The notes below the pieces were generated by a model. The model saw nothing but the letters and a program-made list of their open reading frames with translations. It was not told where the DNA came from and did no database searches. A stretch of DNA of 64,000 nt from Rhynchobatus australiae (Eukaryota): positions 6,395,243-6,459,242 of the forward strand of contig JAUZTB010000068.1 in the NCBI GenBank assembly GCA_034780895.1, in the 5' to 3' direction. Positions within the stretch are counted from its first letter, which is position 1; every line of letters begins with the position of its first letter. Both the position numbers and the translations under genes were made by a program. Shown one piece after another: positions 62,321 through 64,000 of this stretch.

Positions 62321-63070
62321 TAGAACATTACAGCACAGTACAGGCCCTTCAGTCAATGATGTTATGCTGAAATTAGATCCTGCTTTAAGATCTATCTAAC
62401 CCTTCCCTGCCACATAGCCCCCCATTTTTCTCTCATTCATGTGCCTAAGAGTTTCTTAAATGTCGCTAATGCATCTTCCTCCACCTTTGCTGGCAGCACA
62501 CTCCACGCACGCACCACTGTAAAAACCTTACCCAACATCCCCCTTATATCTTCCTCCAATCACCTTAAAAAATTATGCCTCCTCGTGTTACCCATTTTCA
62601 CCCTGAGAAAAACTGTCGACTCAATTTATGCCTCTTATCTTGTACACCTCTACCAAGTCACCTCTCATTCTCTTTCTCTCCAAAGAGAAAAGCTCTAGCT
62701 CACTCAACCTATCCTCATAAGACGTGCTCTCCAATCTGCATAGCATCCTGGTAAATCTCCTCTACATCCTTTCTGAAGCTTCCACATCCTTCCTGTAATG
62801 AGGCGACCAGAACTGAACACAATATTGCAAGTGTGGTCTAACCAGAGTTTTAAAACTGCAACATTACCTGGTAGCTGTTGAATTCAACACCAACTAATGA
62901 AGGCCAACACACCATATGCCTTCTTAACAACCTGCATGGCAACCTTGAGGGATCTATGGACATGGACCCCAAGATCCCACTGTTCCTCCACACTGCTAAG
63001 AGTCCTGCCACTAACTTTGTATTCTGCCTTCAAATTCGATCTTCCAAATTGTATCACTTCTAATGTTTAT
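62320..63070 (-). mobile_element. CR1 LINE 3' fragment
   Basis: Same subfamily as 1-500 (gaccagaactgaacacaata, gtgtggtctaaccagag, ccatatgccttcttaacaacc). Confidence 0.82.
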
Positions 63071-64000
63071 TCCTTGGCCATGTTACTCCCTGGAGGGTTG
63101 TGGGAATATCATGTCAGTTCGGACCAAGTAGATTTCAACTATAACCCCTCCCCCCCAAAAAAGATTGCAGGTGCTGGAAATGTGCGAAAATAGACATGTT
63201 GGGAGACACTTAGGAGGTAGGACTGCATCAGGTAAAGAACAGAGTTAACGTTTCAAATCTGCCAGCTATGACAAAGGACCTGGGACCTGAAAAGTTAACA
63301 GTCTGTCTTTGCACAGATGCTACCTGACCTGGTGTTTCAGCATTGTTTTTATTTCAGATTTCAACCATAATGTTAAGAGACAGCAAACCAGAACAGGCCT
63401 GCATAAAGTACAAATTAAATAGGACTTCTTAATCTGATAATTGTACGGATGCTTTAGTTTAAGCAGTGCTAATCTATCAGAATCATACACCAGTCACCTA
63501 CAAATTTTATCCATGATTATTGTAAATGAAATGGACTAAAAACTGAAGTTAAAAATGCCAGGTGCTGATTAAGTAGAAAATTGGCAAATCAGCTATCTAC
63601 CTTTGACTACAAAATTAGTGCTGTAATTAGGCCAAACTTGCTTACGTTTCAGTTTAATTGGCTTTTTTCTTCCTACAATAGAAGACTAACTTTGTTAGGC
63701 AGTTTATAGTAGCCTGCAGTATAGAAGGCCCTATACAAATGCAAGACCACTTTTCATTTATCAGCAAAAATGGATGGTGGAATGAAGTATTGTGTAACTA
63801 CAATCCAAGATCATATTATAAAATTAATTTGTCATGAGTATTTAGATCAGCTAATAATTGCATATTTTAATTGAGATTTTGGATCACTGGTTACAAAAAT
63901 ATAACAGGACTCAAAAGTACTGTAATAAAATGAGAAACTATATGTTTAAAGAATGTTTAGAATCTCTTGTGTTTCCACATGCAGTAATTCAACTCATTGA

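Larger units (their letters stand above)
50890..64000 (-). other. qkia: Part of quaking intron 4 (exon 4 with the KH C-terminal half lies outside the window)
   Basis: No WEHLNEDLHVLIT-like exon found upstream of exon 5. The region is repeat-rich. Confidence 0.7.

Overview
Vertebrate genomic DNA from a gapped draft assembly, most likely a cartilaginous fish (shark or ray), judged from its CR1, Rex1-like, Penelope-like and SINE repeat landscape. The only protein-coding gene I can support is the 3' half of a Quaking (QKI, STAR/KH RNA-binding protein) gene on the minus strand. Identified exons: exon 5 (50802-50889), exon 6 (47713-48015), a QKI-6-type terminal exon (46417-46442), and QKI-5-type exons 7 (38700-38774) and 8 (36085-36101, followed by a long 3'UTR). 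Exons 1-4 lie beyond position 64000. Diagnostic residues, compared from memory, point to the qkia paralog, which tetrapods lost, rather than the tetrapod QKI ortholog. No QKI-7 exon is visible. The most interesting unexplained signals lie in the 3' alternative-splicing region: three candidate unannotated exons (two look like NMD poison cassettes), a long AG-free zone with an adjacent UGCAUG+ACUAAU element upstream of exon 6, and a conserved block after the QKI-5 stop that contains a perfect tandem DR1 nuclear-receptor motif. Positions 1-31000 are intergenic and rich in decayed transposons, including a TSD-flanked LTR and a TA-flanked MITE family. A Tc1 terminal repeat sits at about 33 kb. Repeat boundaries are approximate, and all homology statements are recalled, not searched.
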